Below are positions 13,701-25,375 of a DNA stretch of 64,000 bases, piece by piece (position 1 is the first letter of the stretch; each line of letters opens with the position of its first letter). Made by a program: the position numbers and the translations under genes. The notes below the pieces were generated by a model. That model was given only the letters and a program-made list of their open reading frames with translations. It made no database searches and was not told the origin of the DNA. The stretch lies in the NCBI GenBank assembly GCA_030390025.1, contig CM059430.1:72664001-72728000 (forward strand), in the 5' to 3' direction. This DNA comes from Squalus acanthias. Its lineage: Eukaryota.

Positions 13701-16327
13701 TCCACCTAGAAGGACAAGGGCAGCAGGTGCATGGGAACACCACCACCTGCAAGTTCCCCTCCAAGTCACACAACATCCTGACTTCGAAGTATATTGCCGA
13801 TCGTTCATCGTCGCTGGGTCAAAATCCTGGAACTGCCTAACAAACAACACATTGGGAGTACTTCACCACACTGACTGCACCGGTTCAAGAAGGTGGCCCA
13901 CCACCACCTTCTCAAGGGCAATTTGGAATGGGCAATAAATGCTGTCCTTGCCAGCGACGTCCACGTCCCATAAAGAAATAAAAAAACTACTCCAAGGTTC
14001 GATACAAATATGGCATAACTTCACTACTTTTCAATTCTCTCCCTCTAGAATTAAACCCTAGTGCTTGGTTTGCTTTTCTACGGCCTTGTTAACCTGTGTC
14101 GCTACTTTTAGCGATTTGTCTATTTGTACTCCGAGATCCCTTTGCTCTCCAACCCAACCCAGACCCACACCCTCCAAGTAATAAGTGACCTCCCTATTCT
14201 TCCTACCAAAATGTACTAACTCACATTTATCTGTGTTGAAATTCATTTGCCAATTATATGCCCATTCTGCAAGATTATTAATGACCTCCTGTAATTTGTT
14301 GTTGTCCTCCTCAGTATTTACTATCCCCCCAATTTGGTGTCATCCGCAAGTGTTAGATATTGTGTTTTTGATTCCAAAGTCTAAATCGTTAATTTGAATT
14401 GTGAATAACAGTGGGCCCAGCAGTGATCCTTGTGGAACACAACTACCTACATTCTGCCACTGTGAATACCTACTTTTTACTCCTACTCTCTGCTTTCTCT
14501 CTTGAAGCCAGCTAGCTATCCAATCTGCTACTTGTCCCCTGACTCTGCATTCTCTGACCTTATTCATTCATCTATTATGTGGTATCTTATCGAAAGCTTT
14601 ATGAAAATCTAGATAAACTACATCTCTTGCACGACCCTTGTCTACTGTCTCTGTTACCGTAGCAAAAAATTCAATGAGGTTGGTCAAGCAAGACTTTACC
14701 TTTTGAAATATATACTGACTATTCATTATTATATTTTTCTCTTCTAGATGTTCTTCTATTTTTTCCTTTAGTAGGGATACCATTATTTTTCCTACCATCG
14801 ATGTTGAGCTGACTGGTCTATAGTTCCCTGGACATGTTCTAGCTCCCTTCTTATATATAGGTAAAAAGTAAGCTACATGCAGTGGCTATTAGAGCAGTTC
14901 AGAGACTAGATATTCTGTGGCGAGTGGCTCTGCTGTTGAATCCCCAAAGCCTTTCCACTAACTATAAGACACTGGTCAGGAGTCTGATGGAATACTCCCC
15001 ACTTGCCAGAATGAGTACAGCTGCAATAACGCTGAAGGAGCTCGACAACATCCAGGGAAATAAAAAATTCCGCTTGATTGACAGTCCATCCACCACCTTA
15101 AACATTCACTCTCTCCACCACCGGCGTACCGTGTCTGCAGTGTGTACCATCTACAAGATGCACTGCAGCAACTCGCCAAGGCGACTTCGACAGCACCTCC
15201 CAAACCCGCGACCTCGACCACCTAGAAGGACAAGGGCGACAGGCGCATGGGAGCACCACCACCTCTAATTTCCGTCCAAGTCACACATCATCCTGACTTG
15301 GAAATATACCGCCGTTCCTTTATCATCGCTGGATCCAAATCCTGGAACTCCCTCCCTAACTGCACCGTGGGAGCACCTTCACCACATGGACTGCAGCGGT
15401 TCAAGGAGCCAGCTCACCACCACCTTCTCAAAGGCAACTGAGGATGGACTGTAAATGCTGGCCTTGTCAGCGATGCCCACATCCCGAGAATGATTTAAAA
15501 CAAATAAAGGATAATTCAATAGCTGATTCAGAATAAGAGAACAATGATTGACTGAACTCAGACATCCTGAGTTGTGTCCGGTAATCGGTGCTGCTCCGTG
15601 AGAACAGACAGGATTCACTGCAAATAGGGAGAAAGCAACTACACCGAACCGAACAGAGGGAAAATACCTTGCTGCTCTTTAATTCAATATTTTCTAATCT
15701 GCACCTGTATAATTTTACCTTGGTCCACTAGCCCCTCAGTGACACTCACCATGTACTATAAGCTCAGTCCCATTCCCGTTGGAAATCTTTCCGCTCCAGT
15801 CTCTCACGCTGCAATAATAGACTCCGGAGTCCTGGAAACTCACATGCAGCAGATGGAACTCGGCAGATCCTTGCTTGAAAGGTATCATTTTTTTCCTTTT
15901 GTCTGCAGTTGGATCCAAAGTCCGATCCTGGCCAGCTCTCCGCCAATAAACATCCACCAATGCGGTGGGATCGAAAAGCGGGGCAGAGCAATACATGGTC
16001 ACATTTGCGCCTTTTACCGGAGTCAGCCGGGCAGGGAACTGAAGCACCGAGAGAGAGGCCCCGTCACTTACTGTCAGAAATAAACACAAACACGGGTTAT
16101 AGGCGGTAATAATGATCGGGAGGATGAAAAGAGAGGAAATAACGCTGCAGAAATATTACGAAAGAAAACGAAGAAATTGCACAATAAACATTGAACAGAT
16201 GTGGCCTCTACAAAGCTCGTTGATTTTTTATTTGCACTTTCCGATTTATGAGACAGATATAAATATATAAACCTGTGTAAATAATGCCCAGGGCTAAGAG
16301 GTACGGCAGCACATCAAGTACAGGCAT
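4573..16327 (-). CDS. Spliced gene (7 coding exons, 1056 nt, 351 aa): IgSF receptor with VJ-type V domain + C1 domain + TM + ITIM/ITSM-like tail (SIRPalpha-like / NKp30-like VJ-C1 receptor)
   Basis: Manually assembled exons 16327-16273, 16070-15750, 9841-9560, 6418-6311, 5763-5720, 4958-4848 and 4707-4573. All introns are GT..AG with phases 1,1,1,1,0,0, giving an open frame from ATG to TAA. Orthology is not assignable from sequence alone. Confidence 0.9.
4848..4958 (-). CDS. Exon 6, cytoplasmic: TVRGGEAGNPSYAALNLSGQRKTGKPRNKEERTVYAQ
   Basis: Acceptor ctctcctcag|, donor CAG|gtacgg. Two Tyr motifs (SYAAL, TVYAQ). Confidence 0.85.
5720..5763 (-). CDS. Exon 5, short acidic cytoplasmic exon GTEISEDIPDHFEEQ
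   Basis: Acceptor ttctctatcag|, donor CAG|gtcagt. Its 44 nt convert phase 1 to phase 0, as needed to join exon 6. Confidence 0.75.
6311..6418 (-). CDS. Exon 4, transmembrane: ADGTFPYLLVSGCAAGVLILLLLAILVKRCKLDRTE
   Basis: Acceptor ccattttag|, donor GAAG|gtaaga. Hydrophobic stretch of about 21 aa with no charged residue, followed by KRCK. Not in the ORF track. Confidence 0.9.
6985..8410 (+). mobile_element. CR1 LINE RT and 3' end, in intron 3
   Basis: VYMDFEKAFD, IYINDMD, MFADNTKLG and QLEYCIQFW fragments, plus a CR1-type 3' UTR. Confidence 0.9.
8690..9480 (-). mobile_element. Very old CR1-like RT remnant
   Basis: PLHFTIYTTDLDEG resembles PLLFTIYINDLDEG; otherwise highly degenerate. Confidence 0.5.
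9560..9841 (-). CDS. Exon 3, Ig C1-set domain
   Basis: Acceptor ttttttccag|, donor TCGG|gtaaga. Motifs LLCTTADFFPEEFNIIWYKNG, LYQVSSSL and YICQVSH (C1 signature YxCxVxH). Confidence 0.95.
11110..11300 (-). mobile_element. CR1 3' end (same family as 2580-4235); host of the LINE inserted at 11305
   Basis: Close reverse-complement similarity to 4030-4200; EANSIDAFKRGLNKHMREKGIEGY. Confidence 0.8.
11305..13986 (+). mobile_element. Second non-LTR LINE family (APE-RT, CR1/L2 group), near-complete ORF2 with A-tail
   Basis: APE motifs WVGEFNV, PTRGKNLLDLVLTN and GSSDH. RT motifs NYRRISLLS and MFADD. C-terminus HHRRTVAAVCTIYKMH; 3' end AATAAATGCTG...AAAAAA. Confidence 0.9.
13987..14860 (-). mobile_element. 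CR1 RT fragment (continuation of the element split at 11300)
   Basis: SCLTNLIEFF, VYLDFHKAFDKIPH and VPQGSLLGPLLFTIQINDLD. Confidence 0.88.
14880..15505 (+). mobile_element. 3' fragment of the second LINE family
   Basis: PQSLSTNYKTLVRSLMEYSPL and HHRRTVSAVCTIYKMH; same 3' UTR as 13900-13986. Confidence 0.9.
15750..16070 (-). CDS. Exon 2, Ig V-set domain with in-exon J-like G strand
   Basis: Acceptor tttctgacag|, donor CATG|gtgagt. Motifs LSVLQ, VTMYC, VYWRR, DSGVYYC and NGNGTELIV. Matches ORF 15736..16089. Confidence 0.95.
16273..16327 (-). CDS. Exon 1, signal peptide MPVLDVLPYLLALGIIYT
   Basis: ATG at 16327, hydrophobic leader, phase-1 donor ACAG|gtttat, 202-bp intron before the V exon. 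This is typical IgSF leader layout. Confidence 0.8.
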
Positions 16328-16999
16328 TCTGAGCAAAAGCGATGAACTCGATCACTCGTTTGCTATAAGTCAGCGGGAAACACTGAAGGGTGTGGTGATG
16401 GAGAGATGTGACGATAATAAAGCATTGAGCGTGTTGCCGTATGGCGCACCACAACATATCTGAAGCTTCAATCTCAATGAACTGGTTTCAGTTTTACGTC
16501 AGAGCTGTGAACACACAGTAAAAGTTAAAGCGACCCAGTTTTAATGCTGATCCAGAGAATATGGAACATTTTTGCATCACGTGGAAGTTTCCGAATTGAT
16601 ACATTTCTTGGCTAATCGCAAAGTTGCCCAACTTTTGCGGTTACGTACGTGCAGGTGCGGTGAAAGCGGTCTGTGACTGGCTCCAATGACCCATTTCCCT
16701 TGCATCGTTTGGCCTCAGAGTTCCGGGGCTTTGGTGTCGAACCTGAACCGAAGGACGGGACAACATCGTGTTGTTTATTGAAGTGGTCCCTTGGTATCGA
16801 GGCTGCTGCACAGCAACTGAAGATAGTCCGTCACACATTCAGCAGACAAGGAGCTTTGACATTGATAGGTGCCCTGGATATCAACCAGATTGATAGAAAT
16901 GATTTAGTGGAGCCCCAGGCCAGATTATATGATACGTTACTCAAAGGTTAGTTCCATTTTCTAACCCTTTGGGGGAAGGGATTCTAATTTATGTCCAGT

Positions 17000-19900
17000 G
17001 GATGACTGCTGCTAACTGGCTAAGCTGCTGGTGACAGGCTAGTGCTGCTGGCAATTGCATAATGTTGCTGGGGATTGGGTGATGCTGCTGGGGATTGGAT
17101 GTTTCTGCTTGTGACGATGCGGCTGCTGGTGACAAGCTAATGCTGTTGGCGACGGGGTGATGTTGCTATGGTCATTGAGTGAGGCTGCTGGTGATTGGCT
17201 ATTTCTGCTGGTAACGGAGCGTTTCTGCTGGTAACGGCGCTGCTGCTGGTGATTGTGTGATGCTCCTGGTGACTGGCTAATTCTACTGGTGACTGGGCGA
17301 TGCTGCTGGTGACTGGATGATACAGCTGCTGGTGATTGGGAAGTTGCTGTGGAGTGGGGTTTTCAGCTGGTGACTGGGTGATGGAGCTGGTGACCAGGCA
17401 TTGATGTTGTTGACTGGGTGTTGCTCCTAGTGACTGGGTGATGCTGCTGGTGACCGTGTGTTTCTGATGTAGACTGGTTGCTGCTAGTGGTGACACAGAC
17501 TTTCTGCTGGTGTCTAGGTGATGTTGCTGGTGGTTGACTCATGTTGCTGTTTGGTGAATGGCTTTTTCTATTCATTACTGGGTGTTTTTGCTGGCGATGG
17601 TCCCGCTGCTGGTGACTGGATGATGGTGCTCCTAGTGATTGGGTAATGCTGCTGGTGATTGGGAAATGCTGCTGGTGAATGGGAGATGCTGCTGGTGAAT
17701 GCGAGATGCTGCTGGTGACGGTATGATGCTGCTGGTGATGCTGCTGGTGAATGGGAGATGCTGCTGGTGACTGGGTGATGCTGCTGGCAACTCGGAGATG
17801 CTGATGGTGATTGTGAAACGCTGCTGGTGATTGGGAGATGCTGCTGTTGATTGGGAGATGCTGCTGGTGACGGGATGCTGCTGCTGGTGATTAGCTAATG
17901 CTGCTGGTGACTGGGAGATGGTGCTGGTGATTGGGAGATTCTGCTGGTGACAGGGTGATGCTGCTGGTAACTGGGATATGGTACTGGTGACTGGGAGATG
18001 CTACTGGTGACTGGGAGGTGTTGCTGGTGACAGGGAGAAGCTACTGGTGAGGCTGCTGGAAGCTGGGAGATTCTGCTGGTGACTGGGAGATTCTGCTGGT
18101 GACTGCGTGATGCTGCTGGTTACTGGAGGCTGCTGCTGATGACTGGGAGATTTTGCTGTTGAGGCTTCTGGTGACTGGGTAATTCTGCTGGTAACATTGA
18201 GATGCTGCTGGTGACCGGGTGAAGCTGCTGGTGAGGCTGCTGGCGACTGGATAATGCTTCTGGTGACTGGGAGATGCTGCTGGTGATGAGTGATGCTGCT
18301 GGTGACTGGGAGATGCTGCTGGTGACTGGGAGATGCTGCTGGTGACTAAGGGATGCTGTGAACTGGGAGATTTTGCTGGTGATGCTGTTGGTGACTGGGA
18401 AATGCTGCTGATAGCATTGAGAGGCTGCTGGTGACTGGGTGATGCTGCTGGTGACTGGAAGATGCTGCTTGTAACTGGGAGATGTTGCTTGTGACTGGGA
18501 GATGTTGCTTCTGACTGGGAGATGTTGCTTATGACTGGGAGATGTTGCTTGTGACTGGGAAATGCTGTTGGTGAGGCTGCTGGTGACTGGCTGATGCTGC
18601 TGGTGACGGGGAGATGCTGCTGGTGACTGGGAGATTCTGCTGTTTACTTAGAGATGCTGCTGGTGATGCTGATGACTGGGTGATGCTGCTGGTGACTGGG
18701 AGACGCTGCTGATGAATGGGAGATGCTGCTGGTGACTGGGAGACGTGGCTGGTGACTGTGACATGATGCTGGTGACTAGGGGATGCTGCTGGTGATTGGG
18801 AGATGGTGCTGGTGATTGTGTGATGCCGCTGATGACTGTATGAAGCTGCTGGTGATGGTGCTGGTGATTGGGTGATGCTGTTGTTGACTGGAAGATGCTG
18901 CTGGTGATGAGAGATGCTGCTGGTGAATCGGAGATGCTTCTGCTGACTGGGAAATGGTGCTGGTGAATGGGAGATGTTGCTGTTGACTGGAAGATGCTGC
19001 TGGTGATGAGAGTTGCTGCTGGTGAATGGGAGATGCTGCTGATGATGGTCTTTGTGATTGGGTGAAGCTGCGGTTGACTGGAAGAAGCTGCTGCTGGTGA
19101 GAGATGCTGCTGGTGAGAGATGCTGCGGGTGAGTGGGAGATGCTGCTGGTGAAGCTGCTAGTGACTGGGAAATGCTGCTGGTGAGGACACTGGTGACTGG
19201 GTGTTGCTGCTGGTGACGGGGAGATGCTGCTGGTGACAGGAAGATGCTGCTGGTGAATGTGAGATGCTGCTGGTGACTGGGAAATGCTGCTGGTGATGCT
19301 GATTGTGACTGGGAGATGCTGCTGACGACCGGTTGATGCTGCTGGTGAACTGGATATGCTGCTAGTGACTGGGAGATGTTGCTGGTGACTGGGAGATTCA
19401 TCTGGTGGCTGGGAGATGCTGCTGGTGATTTGGAGATTCTGCTGGTGACTGGGAGATGCTGCTGGTGACTGGGAGATTCTGCTGGTGACTGGGAGATGCT
19501 GCTGGTGACTGGGAGATTCTGCTGGTGACTGGAAGATGCTGCTGGTGACTGGGAGATTCTGCTGGTGACTGAGAGATGCTGCTGGTGACTGGGAGATTCT
19601 GCTGGTGACTGGGAGACGCTGCTGGTGACTGGGAGATTCTGCTGGTGACTGGGAGATGCTGCTGGTGACTAGTTGATGCTGCTGGTGACTGGAAGAAGCT
19701 GCTGCTGGTGAGAGATGCTGCTGGTGAGAGATGCTGCGGGTGAGTGGGAGATGCTGCTGGTGAAGCTGCTAGTGACTGGGAAATGCTGCTGGTGAGGACA
19801 CTGGTGACTGGGTGTTGCTGCTGGTGACGGGGAGATGCTGCTGGTGACAGGAAGATGCTGCTGGTGAATGTGAGATGCTGCTGGTGACTGGGAAATGCTG

Positions 19901-21575
19901 CTGGTGATGCTGATTGTGACTGGGAGATGCTGCTGACGACCGGTTGATGCTGCTGATGAACTGGATATGCTGCTAGTGACTGTGAGATGGTGCTGGTGAC
20001 TGGGAGATTCATCTGGTGACTGGGAGATGCTGCTGGTGATTGGGAGATTCTGCTGGTGACTGGGAGATGCTGCTGGTGACTGGGAGATTCTGCTGGTGAC
20101 TGGGAGATGCTGCTGATGACTGGGAGATTCTGCTGGTGACTGGAAGATGCTGCTGGTGACTGGGAGATTCTGCTGGTGACTGGGAGATGCTGCTGGTGAC
20201 TGGGAGATTCTGCTGGTGACTGGGAGACGCTGCTGGTGACTGGGAGATTCTGCTGGTGACTGGGAGATGCTGCTGGTGACTAGTTGATGCTGCTGGTGAC
20301 TGGGAGATGCTGCTGGTGACTGGGAGATTCTGCTGGTGACTGGGAGATGCTGCTGGTAACTGGGAGATTCTGCTGGTGACTGGGAGATGCTGCTGGTGAC
20401 TGGGAGATTCTGCTGGTGACTGGGAGATGCTGCTGGTGACTGGGAGATTCTGCTGGTGACTGGGACATGCTGCTGGTGACTGGGAGATTCTGCTGGTGAC
20501 TGGGAGATGCTGCTGGTGACTGGGAGATTCTGCTGGTGACTGGGAGATGCTGCTGGTGACTGGTTGATGCTGCTGGTGACTGGGAGATGCTGCTGGTGAC
20601 TGGGAGATGCTGCTGCTGATGCTGTTGGTGCCTGTGAGATGCTGCTGGTGAATGGGAGATGCTGCTGATGACTGGGAGATGCTGCTGGTGATGCTGCTGG
20701 GTACTGGGAAATGTTGCTGGTGAGATGGTGCTGGTGACTGGGTGTTGCTGCAGGTGACTGGGAGATGCTGCTGGTGACTGGGAGCTTCTGCTGGTGACTG
20801 GGAGATGCTGCTGGTGATTGGGAGATTCTGCTGGTGAATGGGAGATGCTGCTGGTGACTGGGAGATTCTGCTGGTGACTGGGAGATGCTGCTGGTGACTG
20901 GGAGATTCTGCTGGTGACGGGGAGATGCTGCTGGTGACTGGGAGATTGTGCTGGTGACTGGGAGATGCTGCTGGTGACTGGTTGATGCTGCTGGTAACTG
21001 GGAGATGCTGCTGGTGATGCTGTTGGTGCCTGGGAGATGCTGCTGGTGACTGGGAGATTCTGCTGGTGACTGGGAGATTCTGCTGGTGACTGGGAGATGC
21101 TGCTGGTGACTGGTTGATGCTGCTGGTAACTGGGAGATGCTGCTGGTGATGCTGTTGGTGCCTGGGAGATGCTGCTGGTGAATGGGAGATGCTGCTGGTG
21201 ATGCTGCTGGGAACTGGGAAATGTTGCTGGTGAGGCTGCTGGTGACTGGGCTATACTGCTGGTAACATTGAGATGCTGCTTGTGACTGGAAAATGCTGCT
21301 GTTGAGGCTGCTAGTGACTGTGAGATGTTGCTGGTGACTGGGAAATGCTGCTCGTGAGGCTGCTAGTGACTGGGAGATGCTGCTGGTGATGCTGCTGGTT
21401 ATTGGGCAATGCTGCTGATGACTGGGAGATGCTGCTGGTGACTGGGAGATGCTGCTGGTGACTGAGAGATGCTGATGGTGAGGCTGCTGCTGATGGGTGT
21501 TGCTGCTGGTGACTGCGTGATGCTGCGGGTGACTGGGAGATGCTGATGGTGAGGCTGCTGCTGATTGGTTGATGG
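17000..21575. repeat. Minisatellite, 20-bp unit GACTGGGAGATGCTGCTGGT, about 4.5 kb
   Basis: Directly visible tandem array, degenerate at both edges and nearly homogeneous at about 19990-20620. Confidence 0.97.
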
Positions 21576-21589
21576 TGCTGCTGTATTAT

Positions 21590-22045
21590 GCGTGTCTTCT
21601 GCATACATTCACTGCTATACTACAGGAACTATTGTTGGGCTAAATTTCCAAGTCAATTCTTCTGTTTTGTACGCATGTGTGTGTTCTATGTTTGTGTGTA
21701 TTTTATGTGTGCATGCTATAATATGTGCATTTTCGTGTTTGTATTATATGCGCTTTTGTTACATGTGGTTATATTATGTGTATGTTTGTGTTATGTTTGT
21801 GTTGTGTGTACATGTTTTATTTGAGTGTGAGCATGTATTTTGTGTGTCTGCCTTTGTGTGTTTTAGTTGCATGTTTTATTTGAATACGTGTTTGTGTGTC
21901 TGTGTGTTTGTGTTACGTTTGTGTGTCTGTTTTCGCTGCTCTTTTCGGGTGATTTGCCAGGTGAAATCTTCAGTTTGAATGATTGTGTGTGCATACGCGT
22001 GTTATATGTTTGCATGTGTATTATGTTTGTGTGAGCAATTGCATA
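21590..22045. repeat. Degenerate TG/T-rich low-complexity tract
   Basis: Runs of tgtgtg and tatgtttg; accounts for the spurious Cys/Val-rich ORFs. Confidence 0.85.
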
Positions 22046-25000
22046 TTATGTTACCAACTCATAATCGTCATCTTAATATTTCTCTCCCAAACTTATCTGA
22101 AGTCTTTCTCCATTGGCCCTCCATCCAGCCACTTACATTCCCTCTGCTGTTTCTCGTTGTCACATCTTGCGGCCAGGGTCACTTAGTCAATTCTCTTATT
22201 TTTAATTTAAAAAAAACTTTCTTTTAAGTTCACGCCTCACTTGGTCGTATCTCTGACAAACAACAGTGCTGGGAAAACACAGCTCCCCGCTGTCATGGGC
22301 TTTTGGCCCTCAGCCCATTCTCACTGGCTGGCCAGCCCGCTTGCAACCACAGTCGGCAGTGCAATCGCCAGTCCAGGCCCCGGCACGGGCCCTGGCTAAT
22401 GCCTCGCTCCCCGCCCCTATCTCCACTTCCCTTAAGTTCCTGTTGTAATTAACTTTGCTTCGCCGTCCATTAGCCTCTGAGATCAAGAACCTCTGCATCC
22501 CAGTGCAATGCAGCAGCCCCTTCCCCGCCACAGTCTGTCTCTGCCGCTTAAATTGCCTACAATTAATATAAAAACAAGGAACACAGAAGAACTATTCTAA
22601 AAGCACATATACCTTCCTTCTCCTTCTCCTCTTCCTTCCCCTCCCCATAGGATCAGAGAATGGTTACAGCACAGAAGGAGGCCATTCGTCCAATCGAGCC
22701 TGTGCCGGCTCCCTGCAAGAACATTTCAGCTAGTCCCACTTTCCCGCCCTTTCCACGTAGCCCTGCAATTCATGTTCCTTCATACAACACCCTTTTGAAA
22801 GCAACAGTTGAGTCTTCCTCCAGCAACCTTTCAGGCAGTGCACTCCAGATCCTAACCACGCTCTGCGTAAAGACATTTTCCTAATCGCCTTTGGTTCTTC
22901 TGCCAATCACCTTGAATCCATGTCCTCTGGTTCTCGACCCTTCCGCCAATGGGAACAGTTTATTTCTATCTACTCTGTCTAGACCCCTCATGATTTTGAA
23001 CACCTCTATCAAATCTCTCAATCTTCTCTGCTCCAAGGAGAAAAAACCCAGACTTCTCTAGTCTATCCACATAACTGAATTCCATCATGCATAGGATCAT
23101 TCTCGTAATTCTTTTCTGCAACCTCTCTAAGGATTTCCCATCCTGCCTAAAGTGTGGTGTCCAGAATTGAACGCAATTCTCCAGTTGAGGCCGAACCAGT
23201 GTTTTATAAAGGTTCATCATAACTTCCTTGCTTTGTACACTATGCCTCTATTTTTGAAGCCCATCATCCTGTATGCTTTTTTAACCACTTTCTAAACAGG
23301 CCCTGCCACCTTCAACGATTTCTGTACATATATCCCCAGGTATCTATGTTCATGAACCTCTTTTAGGATTGTCCCATTAAGTTTATATTGCCTTTCCTCG
23401 TTCTTCCTACCTAAGTGTATCAGTTCTCACTTTTCTGCGTTAAATTTCTTCTGCCACTTGTCCGCCCATTCCACCAGCCTGTCTATGCGCTCTTGAAGTC
23501 TATCACTATCCTCCTCAATGTTTACAAACCTTCCAGGTTTTGTGTCATCTGCAGTGGTCCCAGTACCGACACCTTGGTAACACCTTCCTCCAGTCTAAAA
23601 AGCAACCATTCACCATTTCTGTCTGTTTCCTGTCACTTAGCCAATTTCGTATCCATGCTGCCACTGTCCCTTTTATTCCTTGGGCTTCAACTTTGTCGGA
23701 AAACCTATTATGTGGCACTTTATCAAACGCCTTTTGGAAGTCCATGTACACCACGCCACCGCATTGTCCTCATCAACCCTCTCTGTTACCTCATTAAAAA
23801 ACTCGATCAACTTAGTTAAGCACGATTTGCCTTTAACAAATCCGTGCTGGCTTTCCTTAATGAAGCCACGCTTGTCCAAGTGAGTGTTAACTTTGTCCCT
23901 GATTATCGTTTCTAAAAGATTCCCCAATACCGAGGTTATACTGACTGGCTTGTTGTTGTTGGGTTTATCCTTAAACCCTTTTTTGAACAAGGGTGTAACA
24001 TTTGCAATTCTCCAGTCCTCTGGCACGCCCCCCCCACCCCCCCACCCCCGTAGCCAAGGAGGATTGGAAGATTATGGCGAGTGCCTCCACAATTTCATCC
24101 TAACCTCTCTCAGCATCATGCATTCCATCCGGTCCTGGTGACTTACCAACTTTAAAATTACAGCCAGCTTTTCTCGTACCTCCTGTTTTTCCATTTTTAT
24201 CTCACCCAGTATCTCCACTACCTTCTCTTTCACTATAACTTTGGCCTCATCTTCTTCCTTGCTGAGGGTAGATGCAAAGTACTCGTTTTAGTACATCAGC
24301 AATGCCCTCTGCTTCCATGCATAGAGTTCCTTTTTGGTCCCTATTCTGCCCCACTCCTCCTCTTACTTCCCCCTTATTATTTATATGCCTATAGAAGACT
24401 TTTGAATTCCCTTTTAGGTTAGCTGCCAATCTATTCTCCTACTCTCTCTTTGCCCCTCTTATTTACTTTTTCACTTCCCCTCTTAATTTTCTATATTCAG
24501 CCTGATTTTCACTTGTATTTCCAATCTGACATCTGTCATACGTGGTCGTTTTCTGCTTCATCTTATGCTCTCTCTCTTTCGTCATCCAGGGAGCTCTGGC
24601 TTTAGATGCCCTACCTTTCCTCCTCTTGGGTTTGTACCTCGACTGCTCCCGAACTATCTCCTCTTTAAAGGCAGCCCATTGTTGGATTACAGTTTTGTAT
24701 GCCAATGTTTGATTCCAATTTACCCAGGTCAGACCCGTTCTCAACACACTGAAATTTGACTTCCTCCAATTAAGTATTATTGCTCTAGATTGCTGCCTGT
24801 CCTTTTCCATAGTTAACCTAAACCTTATGATAATATGATCACTGTTCCCTAAATGTTTCCCTACTGACACCTGCTCCACCTCAGACCCCAGAACCAGATC
24901 CAGCAATGCCTCCTCCCTTGTTGTGCCAGAAACGTGTGATCAAGAAAGTTCTCCTGAACACAGTTCATGAAATTCTTTCCCATCTCTGCCCTTTACACTG

Positions 25001-25375
25001 TTATTATCCCAGTCTATATTAGGATATTTGAAGTCGCCCATTATTACTACTCCATAGTTCTTGCACCTCTCTATAATTTCCAGGAAAATTTGCTCCTCTA
25101 TATCTTTCCCACTAGCTGGTGGCCTATCGAATACACCTGGTAATGTAATGGCACCTCTATTATTTCTTAACTCTAACCAAATAGATTCTGTCTTTGACCC
25201 CTCCTGGACATCCTCTCTCTCCAGCACTGTAACATTCTCCTTAACTAATACTGTCACCGAACCTATTTTTTTCCTTCCCTATCTTTCCTGAGCACCTTAT
25301 ATCCAACAATATTTAAAACCCAATCCTGCTCTTTTTTGAGCCAGGTCTCCGTTATCGCCATGACATCATATTCCC

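Noticed and set aside
15736-15750. V-exon read-through ending HGECH*, resembling the Ig kappa C-terminal GEC
   Set aside because: It is simply the translation of the G|gtgagt donor consensus.
15700-16100. Rearranging Ig/TCR V segment
   Set aside because: V and the J-like strand are in one exon that ends at a splice donor. No heptamer-spacer-nonamer follows YYC, and the tail is inhibitory rather than TCR/Ig-like.
18529-20012. 290-aa and 204-aa S/Q/H/P-rich ORFs
   Set aside because: They arise from the 20-bp repeat, whose minus strand lacks stops in all frames. The unit is not a multiple of 3 and there is no splice or domain evidence.
17000-21575. CRISPR-like array
   Set aside because: Units are contiguous with no unique spacers, and the context is eukaryotic.
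21565-21978. Cys/Val-rich hydrophobic ORFs
   Set aside because: Artefacts of the TG-rich low-complexity tract.
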